Assembly (NCBI GenBank): GCA_036560705.1
Contig: DATBQR010000054.1
Location: 9,711 to 73,710 of the forward strand
Source: Burkholderiales bacterium
GTDB lineage: Bacteria > Pseudomonadota > Gammaproteobacteria > Burkholderiales > SG8-39
Direction: 5' to 3'
DNA length: 64,000 nt
The translations under genes and the position numbers were made by a program. Below the pieces are notes generated by a model, which had not been told where the DNA came from, made no database searches, and was given only the letters and a program-made list of their open reading frames with translations. Positions 9,904 through 21,408 of this stretch are shown piece after piece (position 1 is the stretch's first letter; every line of letters starts with the position of its first letter).

Positions 9904-10494
9904 TTGTCAGTGGCAATCATCGCTGAGGATTGCGGCCAAGGATTTGATCCACCAGTGAACGAGGAAGAATCTCTTCTTGCGGCGATATCTGAGGACATCA
10001 GGCTGCACGCCTACGATTCCGCGTGGCCGGACGAATTCACCGCCGAGCGCGAGCGTCTCATCGCTTTGCTGCCCGGCTCATTCGTCGAAGTCGAGCACAT
10101 CGGTAGCACCGCCGTTCCCGGCCTATCAGCCAAGCCTATCATCGACATCCTCGCCGGAGTCAGGACCCTGGCGCGGGCCGAGTCCCTCTCGGAACGAATC
10201 TGCACTTGCGGCGGCTACACGACGTCAGCTGAGTTCAACGCCACGCTGAACGGGCGTCTGTGGTTCATGCGCTGGGCCAATGGCCACCGCACACATCATC
10301 TCCATGTCGTTGTTCATGGCGGCGAGGTCTGGCGTGAACGCGTGAACTTCCGTGAAGCCCTGCGCTTACGGCCGGAACTCGCTGCCCGGTATGTCGCGCT
10401 AAAGTTTGAGCTGGCCCAAAGGCACGGTACCGACAGGGAGGCGTACACCAATGCAAAGGCCGAATTTGTGCGCTCCGTGCTCGAAAGCGCCTAA
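9904..10494 (+). CDS. GrpB-family protein (nucleotidyltransferase-fold, DUF-like)
   Basis: 196-aa ORF with the GrpB signature region VEHIGSTAVPGLSAKPIIDIL. The start is uncertain (TTG 9904 or downstream). GC is locally lower than in the neighbours. Confidence 0.75.
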   Translation: MSVAIIAEDCGQGFDPPVNEEESLLAAISEDIRLHAYDSAWPDEFTAERERLIALLPGSFVEVEHIGSTAVPGLSAKPIIDILAGVRTLARAESLSERICTCGGYTTSAEFNATLNGRLWFMRWANGHRTHHLHVVVHGGEVWRERVNFREALRLRPELAARYVALKFELAQRHGTDREAYTNAKAEFVRSVLESA

Positions 10495-10515
10495 CCTTTC
10501 CCTCGCAAACGTTAG

Positions 10516-10743
10516 ATGTCATTCGGGGACACCATGGAGCCGATACTCCAGTCGACGATCACCTGTCCGGAGTGCGGTGCCACTGCACAGGAAACAATGC
10601 CGACCGATGCGTGCATGTTTTTCTACGAGTGCAAAGGTTGCCACAAGCGGCTACGACCCTTGCCGGGGGACTGCTGCGTCTTCTGTTCTTACGGGAGCGT
10701 GAAGTGCCCGCCCGTTCAACTGCAAAAAGGTCGCTGTGCGTAA
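10516..10743 (+). CDS. GDCCVxC-domain Cys-rich metal-binding-type protein
   Basis: 75-aa ORF containing CPECG, YECKGC and the literal GDCCVFC motif. The family is known as GDCCVxC domain (seleno)proteins; this copy has Cys only. Confidence 0.75.
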   Translation: MSFGDTMEPILQSTITCPECGATAQETMPTDACMFFYECKGCHKRLRPLPGDCCVFCSYGSVKCPPVQLQKGRCA

Positions 10744-10783
10744 CGAAGAACCAAATATCGTCCGTTAGAACTCTGGTGGAATC

Positions 10784-11374
10784 GTGGCGCGGATTCTGAT
10801 CGCTTTGCTGCTCGGACTGGCGGGAATCACCGCGCAGGCCCAGCAAACACAGCCCGCCAACGGGCTGTTCCTGATCGCGAAGCCTTCGCTGATCGATCCG
10901 AATTTCCAGAAGACGGTGGTCCTTGTCACGCAGACCGAGGACGCGAGCACGGTGGGGGTGGTCATCAACCGGCCGAGCGCGCTGAAGCTGTCGGAGATCC
11001 TGTCGCCCGAGATACCGACGCAGAACTACAAGCAGCCGGTGTTTGTCGGCGGGCCGGTGCTGCAGCAGATCATCATCGCGGTGTACCGGTCGGACGCGGT
11101 TCCGGCGGCGCCGGCGTTCCACGTGCTCAAGGATGTCTACCTGACGATGCACCCGGACAACCTGCAGAAGCTGCTTGCCGATCCGAAGGCGCGCTACCGC
11201 CTGTATGCGGGATTTTCCGGCTGGGCGCCGCGCCAGCTCGAGAGCGAATTCATGCGCGACGGCTGGTACGTCCTGCCCGCCGACGACGCGACGCTGTTCC
11301 GCGACAGCACTGAAGGATTGTGGGAAGAGCTGGTGGAGCGAGCGATGCGGCGCGACCCCAAAGGCCGCAGTTGA
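10784..11374 (+). CDS. YqgE/AlgH-family protein with N-terminal signal peptide
   Basis: 196 aa. It begins MARILIALLLGLAGITAQAQQ, followed by the UPF0301 core (DPNFQKTVVLVTQ, GVVINRPS, GGPV, GFSGWAPRQLE). Confidence 0.8.
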   Translation: MARILIALLLGLAGITAQAQQTQPANGLFLIAKPSLIDPNFQKTVVLVTQTEDASTVGVVINRPSALKLSEILSPEIPTQNYKQPVFVGGPVLQQIIIAVYRSDAVPAAPAFHVLKDVYLTMHPDNLQKLLADPKARYRLYAGFSGWAPRQLESEFMRDGWYVLPADDATLFRDSTEGLWEELVERAMRRDPKGRS

Positions 11375-12050
11375 CGCGCTACAATAATTGCAAGATGGCT
11401 CGCGTCGCGCGACTGCTGGTCGCTCTCGTTCCCCTTCTGGTCCTGCTGATATCGGCGCCCTGGCCGGCCACGGCCCTGGCGCAGGACGAAGACGCGGTGC
11501 TGCTGGTGGCGAGCCCGGGGCTGCAGGACCTCGATTACCGGCAGACCGTGGTGCTCGCGGCGCCCGGACCCAGCGGCGGCCACATCGGCGTCATCCTCAA
11601 CCGCCCGACGCGCCGTTCGCTCGCCAGCCTGTTCCCCGAGCACGAACCCTCCAAGAAGGTGATCGACCCGGTGTACTACGGCGGGCCGATCTCGCGCGGC
11701 GCGCTGGTGGCGGTGGTGAAGGCCGACGCCGCGCCGGGCGCCGGCACGGTTCAGCTGATGAAGAATCTCTACATGGCGTTCCGCGTCAACACCATCGACC
11801 TGGTGATCGAAACCCATCCGAACGACGCTCGCTACTACGTCGGCTACGTGGGCTGGCTGCCGGGCGAGCTGCAGGACGAGATCGAGCGCGGCATCTGGAC
11901 GGTGCTGAACGCCGACGCCGACGTCGTCTTCCGCAAGGACATGGACAGCCTGTGGGAAGAGATGCTGCAGCGGACGAAGAGCATCCGGGCGGAAATGGGT
12001 CCCCGCACCCCGATAGATTCATTCGGGGCCAGGTTCCACGGGGGCGACAA

Positions 12051-14648
<2,598 letters not shown>

Positions 14649-14681
14649 AGGGCTGTTCCCAATAGTCTTTTACCCCGCGGC

Positions 14682-14709
14682 AGATGGGGGCATTTTGACC
14701 TGAATCAAG
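14682..14709 (-). promoter_or_regulatory. sigma32 (RpoH)-type heat-shock promoter of clpB
   Basis: The minus strand reads CTTGATT, then 13 nt, then CCCCATCT. The consensus is CTTGAAA, 13-15 nt, CCCCATNT. The -10 element lies about 33 nt upstream of the clpB ATG. Confidence 0.6.
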
Positions 14710-14749
14710 CGCGTATAGTCGCGTAAGGCGCGCCCTTCGGAGGAGACCA

Positions 14750-16030
14750 ATGGCGATGCGACCCGACACCCGACCGAGACAGCACCGCAGTCCCGCAGCC
14801 CGCTACCCGGGCGTGCGGGCCGCCACCGAACGGCTCATCCAGGGCTTGAGCGCTGAGGACTGCGCGATCCAGTCCATGCCGGACGCGAGCCCCGTCAAGT
14901 GGCACCTCGCGCACACGACCTGGTTTTTCGAGACTTTCGTGCTTGAGCCGAATCTGCGGGGTTACCGTGCCTTCGACCCGGCCTACCGCGTGCTGTTCAA
15001 TTCCTACTACAACGCGGTCGGCGACAGGCACCCGCGCCCCGAACGCGGCATGCTGTCGCGCCCGTCCCTCGTCGACGTGCTCGCCTACCGCCGCCACGTC
15101 GACGAGGCGATGCACGAGCTGCTGGCCGGGGCACCGCTGCCTGCGCCGCTGTCGGCCCTGGTCGACCTGGGCACGCACCATGAGCAGCAGCATCAGGAGC
15201 TGGTCCTGACGGATCTCAAGCACCTGCTGTCGCGCAGTCCGCTGAAGCCGGCCTACCAGAGACCCTGGCCGCTGACGCAGGTCCGCGCGCGGGTGCGCGG
15301 CTGGATCGACTACGCCGGCGGCCCCCACGACGTCGGCTACGACGGCAAAGGATTCTTCTTCGACAACGAAACCCCGCGCCACCGGACCTGGGCCGCACCC
15401 TTCCGGATCGCGACGCATCCCGTCACGCACGGCGATTTCATCGAATTCGTCGAGGACGGCGGCTACCGGCGGCCGGAACTCTGGCTTTCCGCCGGGTGGG
15501 ATACCGTCAACGCGCAGGGCTGGCAGGCGCCGGGCTACTGGGAACGCCGCGACGGCGGCTGGCATACCTTCACGCTGCACGGCATGGCGCCGGTGGATCC
15601 GCACACGCCGGTCTGCCATGTCAGCTTCTACGAGGCCGAGGCATTCGCGCGCTGGGCGGGCGAACGGTTGCCCACCGAGTCCGAGTGGGAAATCGCCGCG
15701 CGCCACGCGCCGGTCGAGGGCAATTTCGTCGAAAGCGGCGCGCTGCATCCTCTCGCGTTGCGCGAATCCTCGGTGGACGGCACGCCGGCGCAGATCTTCG
15801 GCGACGTCTGGGAGTGGACGCGCAGCGACTACGGCCCCTACCCCGGGTTTCGCGCCGCCGAGGGCGCGGTCGGCGAATACAACGGCAAGTTCATGTCGGG
15901 GCAATACGTGCTGCGCGGCGGTTCCTGCGCCACGCCCGCCGACCACGTGCGCGCGAGCTACCGCAACTTCTTCCCGCCGGACGCACGCTGGCAATTCAGC
16001 GGTTTGCGCCTCGCGCGGGATTCGAGCTGA
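14750..16030 (+). CDS. egtB: EgtB-type sulfoxide synthase (DinB_2 + FGE-sulfatase domains; ergothioneine pathway type)
   Basis: 426 aa. The N-terminal DinB-like region (VKWHLAHTTWFFETF, HHEQQHQEL) and the C-terminal FGE-sulfatase region (YEAEAFARWAG, RGGSCATP) match EgtB. AGGAGA RBS is present. Confidence 0.8.
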   Translation: MAMRPDTRPRQHRSPAARYPGVRAATERLIQGLSAEDCAIQSMPDASPVKWHLAHTTWFFETFVLEPNLRGYRAFDPAYRVLFNSYYNAVGDRHPRPERGMLSRPSLVDVLAYRRHVDEAMHELLAGAPLPAPLSALVDLGTHHEQQHQELVLTDLKHLLSRSPLKPAYQRPWPLTQVRARVRGWIDYAGGPHDVGYDGKGFFFDNETPRHRTWAAPFRIATHPVTHGDFIEFVEDGGYRRPELWLSAGWDTVNAQGWQAPGYWERRDGGWHTFTLHGMAPVDPHTPVCHVSFYEAEAFARWAGERLPTESEWEIAARHAPVEGNFVESGALHPLALRESSVDGTPAQIFGDVWEWTRSDYGPYPGFRAAEGAVGEYNGKFMSGQYVLRGGSCATPADHVRASYRNFFPPDARWQFSGLRLARDSS

Positions 16031-16043
16031 GCACCGGCTGAAC

Positions 16044-16433
16044 CTACGCGGTCGCGCGGACGAGGTGCAGCGCGCCCATCAGCGCTGCGATCGACAGCAC
16101 CACCGAGGCGACCATGTAAGCGGCGGCTGGCCCCCAATCGCCGCGCTCCATCAGCACGTAGGCGTCCAGCGAAAACGTCGAGAAGGTAGTAAACCCTCCG
16201 CAAATGCCGACCGTGAGAAACACTCGCGCCGCCTGGGGCAGATTCAGCTTGAGGGCGAACATTTCCACGAAAACGCCGATCAGGAAGGATCCGGCGATGT
16301 TGATGATCAGGGTTCCCCAGGGAAACGCGAGGCCGAAGAGCTTCGTCGCGCCGATGCCGGCCAGGTAGCGCGCCACGGAGCCGAGGGCGCCGCCGGCGGC
16401 GACGGCAAGGATGAGTTGAAGGTTCATCATCAT
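16044..16433 (-). CDS. crcB: fluoride channel CrcB/FluC
   Basis: 129-aa four-TM ORF with GALGSVARY and GFCGGFTTFSTF-type motifs. The ATG overlaps the moaE stop (ATGA). Confidence 0.9.
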   Translation of the reverse strand: MMMNLQLILAVAAGGALGSVARYLAGIGATKLFGLAFPWGTLIINIAGSFLIGVFVEMFALKLNLPQAARVFLTVGICGGFTTFSTFSLDAYVLMERGDWGPAAAYMVASVVLSIAALMGALHLVRATA

Positions 16434-16855
16434 TTCCAGCGCTCCGCCGCCTGGTCGTCCGTCGTCTTCGCTTCCACCCAGCGCGCACCGTCCGGCGTCT
16501 GTTCCTTCTTCCAGAACGGCGCCTGCGTCTTCAGGTAGTCCATGATGAATTCGCAGGCGGCGAAGGCGTCGCCGCGATGGCCGCTCGCCACCGCCACCAT
16601 GACGATCTGGTCGTTGGGCTTGAGCGCGCCGTAGCGGTGGATCACCGTGCAGTCGATCACCTGCCAGCGCGATTTCGCCTCGTCGACGATCTTCCCGATC
16701 GCCCGTTCGGTCATGCCGGGGTAGTGCTCGAGTGTCATGGCGACGTCGCGCACCAGGCCGCTGAAAGTGGCGACGGCGCCGATTTTGGGATTTGCGGAAA
16801 TGGCTTTCACTTCCGCACCCAGATCGAAATCCTCCTGCTGCACCGAGATCTTCAT
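16430..16855 (-). CDS. moaE: molybdopterin synthase catalytic subunit MoaE
   Basis: 141 aa with a MoaE-type sequence (GAVATFSGLVRD, HRGDAFAACEFIMDYLK, PFWKKE). Confidence 0.9.
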   Translation of the reverse strand: MKISVQQEDFDLGAEVKAISANPKIGAVATFSGLVRDVAMTLEHYPGMTERAIGKIVDEAKSRWQVIDCTVIHRYGALKPNDQIVMVAVASGHRGDAFAACEFIMDYLKTQAPFWKKEQTPDGARWVEAKTTDDQAAERWK

Positions 16856-17109
16856 CCGCCGGTCACCGGGGGAAAAAACGCCACTTCGTCGCCTGCCTTC
16901 ACCGCGGCCGTGGGCTGGACCATGTCCTGATTGACGGCCACTCTGAGGAGAATTTTTTCCGAAAAAGAACTTTCAAAAACGCCGCCCCGGCCTCTCAGGT
17001 GGCTGCGCAGCGCAGCGACCGTAGCCACGCCCGCCGGCAGGTCGAGCTCCTCGGCATCCCGGCCCAGTTTTTCGCGCAGGCTCGCAAAGAAGAGAACTTT
17101 CACTTTCAA
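16852..17109 (-). CDS. moaD: molybdopterin synthase sulfur-carrier subunit MoaD
   Basis: 85-aa ubiquitin-like ORF ending in the diagnostic C-terminal Gly-Gly (PPVTGG). It overlaps moaE by 4 nt. Confidence 0.9.
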   Translation of the reverse strand: MKVKVLFFASLREKLGRDAEELDLPAGVATVAALRSHLRGRGGVFESSFSEKILLRVAVNQDMVQPTAAVKAGDEVAFFPPVTGG

Positions 17110-18311
17110 CGGTAGAGCTCCGAATAAGGCAGGAAGCGGACGCGGTCTCCGGTGCGGACCGGCCGGCCGGCCGGATTATCCACCAGCCCGTCGGCCCAGA
17201 CCGTCGAGGTCAGCACCGCGGAATCCTGCGTCGGGTACAGGTCCAGGCCGCCCTCGGCGTTCCATTTCACGCGGAGGAATTCGCGCCGCGGATCGGGCTC
17301 GGGCCAGTCGAAATCGGCGCGCGCGTGGACGACGCGCGGCGCGACGTCGGCGACGCCCTGCGTCTTCAGGAGAAAGGGCCGCACGAAAATGAGGAACGTG
17401 ACGAAGCTCGACACGGGATTCCCCGGAAGGCCGATGAAGGACGCGTTCCCCACCCTGCCGAACGCCAGCGGCCTGCCGGGCTTCATCGCGATCTTCCACA
17501 TCAGCAGCGAGCCTTCTGCTTCCACCGCGGGCTTGACGTGATCCTCGTCCCCCACCGACACGCCGCCGGAAGTGACGATGATGTCGTTCTCGCCCGCGGC
17601 GCGGCGCAGCACTTCGCGCGTCGCCTCCAGTTTGTCCGGCACGATGCCATAGTCGCGCACCTCACAGCCGAACGCGGCAGCGAGGCCGTTCAGCGTGAAG
17701 CGGTTCGAGTTGTAGATGCGGCCCGGCGCGAGCGGCTCGCCCGGCATCACCAGCTCGTCGCCGGTGAAAAACAGGCCCAGCCGCACCTTGCGGTACACCG
17801 GCAGCGTCTTGATGCCGACCGACGCCGCCAGCCCCGTGTCTTGCGGCAGCAGGCGCCTGCCGGCGGCCAGCACCTGGCCGCCCTTGCGGATGTCGCTGCC
17901 GAGGCGACGAATCCATTCGCCGGGCTCGGGCCGCGTCTTTATTTTCACCGCGCCGTCTTCCACTTCGGTGAATTCCTGCATGACGATGGCGTCGGCGCCG
18001 GGCGGCACGGGCGCCCCGGTGAATATGCGCGCCGCCGTGCCCGGCTCCAGCGGCGTGCCCACCGACCCCGCGGGGATACGCTGGGCAATTCTCAATTTCG
18101 CGCTCGAAGCGGAAACATCCGAGCGCCGTATCGCATAGCCGTCCATGGCGCTGTTGTCCATCGGCGGCACGTCCATGGTGGAGGATTGCGCGCGCGCGAG
18201 GACCCGGTTCACCGCCTCGATGGCCGGCACCTGCTCGATCTCCGCGACCGGGCGCGCGCCCGCGAGCAGCGTCTCGAGCGCTTCGTCCACCGAGAGCAGC
18301 CCCTTGTTCAT
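17106..18311 (-). CDS. moeA: molybdopterin molybdenum/tungsten transferase MoeA (paralogue 1)
   Basis: 401 aa with MoeA motifs (DNSAMDGYA, GGVSVGDEDH, PGNPVS). Confidence 0.9.
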   Translation of the reverse strand: MNKGLLSVDEALETLLAGARPVAEIEQVPAIEAVNRVLARAQSSTMDVPPMDNSAMDGYAIRRSDVSASSAKLRIAQRIPAGSVGTPLEPGTAARIFTGAPVPPGADAIVMQEFTEVEDGAVKIKTRPEPGEWIRRLGSDIRKGGQVLAAGRRLLPQDTGLAASVGIKTLPVYRKVRLGLFFTGDELVMPGEPLAPGRIYNSNRFTLNGLAAAFGCEVRDYGIVPDKLEATREVLRRAAGENDIIVTSGGVSVGDEDHVKPAVEAEGSLLMWKIAMKPGRPLAFGRVGNASFIGLPGNPVSSFVTFLIFVRPFLLKTQGVADVAPRVVHARADFDWPEPDPRREFLRVKWNAEGGLDLYPTQDSAVLTSTVWADGLVDNPAGRPVRTGDRVRFLPYSELYR

Positions 18312-18802
18312 GCGAGCCCCAGGTGGCCGAGGATGAAATCGGCGATGGCCTGGTGCGCATTCAGGTCGAGTTGCAGCAGCTTCGTCTCCACGGGGGCGTC
18401 GGTCGCGATGGCGACGATATGCGGATCCTTCGGATGCAGCAAGCCCTCCCCCGTCGCGGCGCGCCAGACCTCGAGCTTCGGAATAGGGGCGAACTTGAAG
18501 CCTTCGACGATCAGCAGGTCGCAGGGGGAGAAATGCCTGATCTGCTCCTCGAAGGCCGGTTCCCGCACGCCGCGCAGTTCGTTCATCAGCACCCAGCGCC
18601 GCGACGAGGTCACCATCACCTCGCTGGCGCCGGCGTGGCGGTGGCGGTACGAATCCTTGCCCGGCACGTCGACGTCGAAACTGTGATGCGCGTGCTTGAT
18701 GAGGGAAACGCGCAGGCCCCGCTTCACGAACAGCGGAATCAGCTTTTCGATGAGCGTCGTCTTGCCGCTGCCGGACCAGCCCGCAAAACCGAAGGTTTTC
18801 AT
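18308..18802 (-). CDS. mobB: molybdopterin-guanine dinucleotide biosynthesis adaptor MobB
   Basis: The internal ATG gives [17 protein letters not shown] (P-loop), then HHSFDVDVPGKDS. The start lies 4 nt after the upstream arsS stop. Confidence 0.85.
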   Translation of the reverse strand: MKTFGFAGWSGSGKTTLIEKLIPLFVKRGLRVSLIKHAHHSFDVDVPGKDSYRHRHAGASEVMVTSSRRWVLMNELRGVREPAFEEQIRHFSPCDLLIVEGFKFAPIPKLEVWRAATGEGLLHPKDPHIVAIATDAPVETKLLQLDLNAHQAIADFILGHLGLA

Positions 18803-18806
18803 TTTT

Positions 18807-19829
18807 CTAGGCGGTGGCGCCGCCGCAGGAACTGCCCGCACCCGCGGTGCAGCCCAGGCAGTGGTCGCCGAATTGTATCGGGCGCCGCAGGGTCCTGCCG
18901 AAATCGAAGTCGAATATCGTCAGCCTCTTGCGCTTCGCGTCCACCGCGTCCATCTCCAGCATCTGGTTGAAGTCGCAGTCGTAGATGCGGCCGTCGTGGC
19001 CGACGCTGATCAGGCTGCGGCACATCACGCCCGCAGCCGCGGCCGGGTTGAAGGCGGCGAGCAGCTTCTCCATGTACGACTCCAGCTGCCCGGTCTTGTC
19101 CAGGTGCAGCTTGAAGCGGTTGATCGGCATGTTGGTGATCGTATACAGGCTGTTGAACGCCAGGCCGAACTTGTCCTTCAGCTCGCGCCTGTAGTCCGCT
19201 TCCAGCCCGGCCTGCGCCGCGGGCAGGTACGGCCCCACCGGGTTGTAGACGAGGTTCAGCAGCAAGCCGCTGCCTTCGACGCCGTAGCCCTCGGCGTTCA
19301 GCCGCCGCATCGCTTCCATGCTCTTCCTGAAAACCCCGGAGCCGCGCTGCGCGTCGGTGAAGTATTCCTGGTAGTACGGCAGCGAGGAAACCACCTCGAC
19401 GCGGTTCCTCGCGAAGAACCGCGGCAGGTATTCCTTGCTTTCCTTCGTGACCGGATGGCCGTCCAGCTGCACCGTCAGGTTGTGGCGCACCATCACGTGC
19501 TTGCCGAGCGCGACGGCCTTCTCGACGAAACCGTCGAAGCCGGGATGCAGCTCGGGCGCGCCGCCGGTGATGTCGAGCCTGGCGATCTGCGGATGCCACT
19601 CGAGGATCTCCAGGCACTTGGCGACGCCCTCGGGCGAGAGCATTTCCCTGCGCTGCGGCCCCGCATCCACGTGGCAGTGGCGGCAGACCTGGTTGCACAG
19701 CTTGGTGACGTTGACCTGCAGCGTGTCGATGGACAGCGGCGGCAGCTCGATGCCGTTGCGGCGCAACTGGTCCTCGAAATCGAATTTGGATTTTTCCTGA
19801 AAAACCCTGATGGGAAGGAGCGCGCTCAC
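18807..19829 (-). CDS. arsS: radical SAM/Cys-rich protein of the arsenosugar-biosynthesis ArsS type
   Basis: This is the C-terminal 340 codons of track ORF 18807..20660. It carries a CNQVCRHC radical-SAM cluster motif and a Cys-rich C-terminus (HCLGCTAGAGSSCGG) typical of the ArsS (seleno)protein family. The GTG start overlaps the stop of the upstream AhpD-like gene (GTGA). Confidence 0.75.
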   Translation of the reverse strand: MSALLPIRVFQEKSKFDFEDQLRRNGIELPPLSIDTLQVNVTKLCNQVCRHCHVDAGPQRREMLSPEGVAKCLEILEWHPQIARLDITGGAPELHPGFDGFVEKAVALGKHVMVRHNLTVQLDGHPVTKESKEYLPRFFARNRVEVVSSLPYYQEYFTDAQRGSGVFRKSMEAMRRLNAEGYGVEGSGLLLNLVYNPVGPYLPAAQAGLEADYRRELKDKFGLAFNSLYTITNMPINRFKLHLDKTGQLESYMEKLLAAFNPAAAAGVMCRSLISVGHDGRIYDCDFNQMLEMDAVDAKRKRLTIFDFDFGRTLRRPIQFGDHCLGCTAGAGSSCGGATA

Positions 19830-20161
19830 AAAACCATTTTCTTGAGGTGATTCTGCATCTGCACCGAATGCACCAGCGTAATCCCGGCCTGCATGACCGC
19901 CGCGACGTGCACCGCCTCCATCATCTGCTCGGGATTGGAGCCGGCCTCCAGGCATTGCGTCGTGTACGCGTCGATGCAGTAGGGGCACTTCTGCGCGTGC
20001 GACACCGCCAGGGCGATGAGCGCCTTCTCGCGTTTGGTCAGCGCGCCGTCGGAGCCCACGACGTCGCCGTAGTACTTGAAGAAATCGTCCGCCAGCTTTT
20101 TCGCGTGCTGGCCGATGTCGCCGAATTTCTTCAGGTCCCCGGACTCGTAGTAATTGCTCAT
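19826..20161 (-). CDS. AhpD/carboxymuconolactone-decarboxylase-like 'peroxidase-like' partner of ArsS
   Basis: 111 aa with an AhpD-fold CxxC (KCPYCIDAY). This family is characteristically adjacent to ArsS-type radical SAM genes. Confidence 0.75.
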   Translation of the reverse strand: MSNYYESGDLKKFGDIGQHAKKLADDFFKYYGDVVGSDGALTKREKALIALAVSHAQKCPYCIDAYTTQCLEAGSNPEQMMEAVHVAAVMQAGITLVHSVQMQNHLKKMVL

Positions 20162-20233
20162 GGATATCCTCGCGCAGGCGGTGGAAAATCAATTGCCCAA
20201 GGATACCTCGTCCCGTGCCCTGCGCGAATTCCG

Positions 20234-20902
20234 CTAGCCCTCCGGCGATCGGGACGGGATCAGCCAGCCGAAGACGGCAACGACGACAAGCGTTGCCGCC
20301 GTTTGAGCTGCGAGGAACCCGACAACGTCTTCCTGCCGGATACCTGCAAAGGTATTGGTAAATTCCCGCGCCATCGTTACCGCCGGATTCGCGAACGACG
20401 TGGAGGCGGTAAACCAATAGGCGCCGGTGATGTACGCGGCAACAGCGTAAGGAATTGCGTCGGAGCGGAAACGAACTCCCGCAAGGATTACTGCAAGCAG
20501 GCCGAATGTGGCGACAAACTCGGCCCAGATCAGGCTCGTTCCCGTTCGAGCCTTGATCGAAAATTCGATCAGCGGCAGTCCGAACATCGCATGCGCCGCC
20601 ACTACCCCCAGGATGGCGCCAACCACCTGAACGATGGAATAGCCAAGAACGTCTTTCCACGCGAGAGCGCCTCGTGCCGCCAGCGCAACGCTCACCGCGG
20701 GATTGAAATGCGCTCCCGAGATAGGGCCGAATGTCAGAATCAACGCGACAAGCGCGGTCCCGGTTGCCAGGGAATTGGCGAGCAGAGTGATCGCCTCATT
20801 CCCGCCGGCCAGACGCTCCCCCATGATTCCCGAACCGACCACGGCCACGAGCAAAAACGCCGTGCCCAGAAATTCGGCAGCGAGACGGCGTGCCAGCGTC
20901 AT
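20234..20902 (-). CDS. aqpS: MIP-family aquaglyceroporin (AqpS-type arsenite channel by context)
   Basis: 222 aa with two NPA boxes (HFNPAVS, FANPAVT) and six TM segments. It sits in an ars operon in place of arsB/acr3. Confidence 0.8.
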   Translation of the reverse strand: MTLARRLAAEFLGTAFLLVAVVGSGIMGERLAGGNEAITLLANSLATGTALVALILTFGPISGAHFNPAVSVALAARGALAWKDVLGYSIVQVVGAILGVVAAHAMFGLPLIEFSIKARTGTSLIWAEFVATFGLLAVILAGVRFRSDAIPYAVAAYITGAYWFTASTSFANPAVTMAREFTNTFAGIRQEDVVGFLAAQTAATLVVVAVFGWLIPSRSPEG

Positions 20903-21399
20903 TTCTCGGCGACGTCCCGCACTTTATTTTGAAGCGAGATGCGATCGAGCCTGTCCAACGGCAGGCTGGCCAAAAGTTCGATGCGGCGGCGGAGCATCAT
21001 GGCAGTGTCGGAAAAGGCCTTGCGGATTTCGTCGTCGGTGCCCTCCGCAGCCGCCGGGTCGGGCATGCCCCAATGCGCCGTCATCGGCTGCCCCGGCCAG
21101 AACGGGCATTGCTCTCCTGCCGCCTGATCGCAGACGGTGACGACAAAATCCATCACCGGCGCGCCGGGTCTGGAGAATTCATCCCAACTCTTGCTGCGTA
21201 GATTTTCGGTCGGAAGATAAGCCTGTCCGAGCAACTCCAACGCAAATGGATTGGGAGACCCCTTGGGGTGGCTCCCGGCGCTGTAGCCGCGGAATCTCCC
21301 TCGCGCAACGGCGAGGCTATTGGTAAGCGCCTCCGCGATGATCGAGCGGGCCGAATTTCCCGTGCAGAGGAACAGTATGTTGAACACCTTCTCCGGCAC
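20899..21399 (-). CDS. arsC: arsenate reductase, low-molecular-weight phosphatase type
   Basis: 166 aa with the LMW-PTP P-loop LCTGNSARS plus downstream Cys residues. The stop overlaps the aqpS start. Confidence 0.85.
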   Translation of the reverse strand: MPEKVFNILFLCTGNSARSIIAEALTNSLAVARGRFRGYSAGSHPKGSPNPFALELLGQAYLPTENLRSKSWDEFSRPGAPVMDFVVTVCDQAAGEQCPFWPGQPMTAHWGMPDPAAAEGTDDEIRKAFSDTAMMLRRRIELLASLPLDRLDRISLQNKVRDVAEK

Positions 21400-21408
21400 G
21401 TCGCCTCC

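Noticed and set aside
16420-16445. Fluoride riboswitch upstream of crcB.
   Set aside because: The crcB ATG overlaps the moaE stop codon, so there is no untranslated leader in which a crcB RNA motif could reside.
18807-18860. Selenocysteine recoding (in-frame TGA plus SECIS) in the three '(seleno)protein' family members: ArsS, the GDCCVxC protein at 10516..10743, and selD.
   Set aside because: All three read through with Cys codons at the positions where Sec occurs in other family members. No in-frame TGA interrupts them, and no selA/selB is present in the window.
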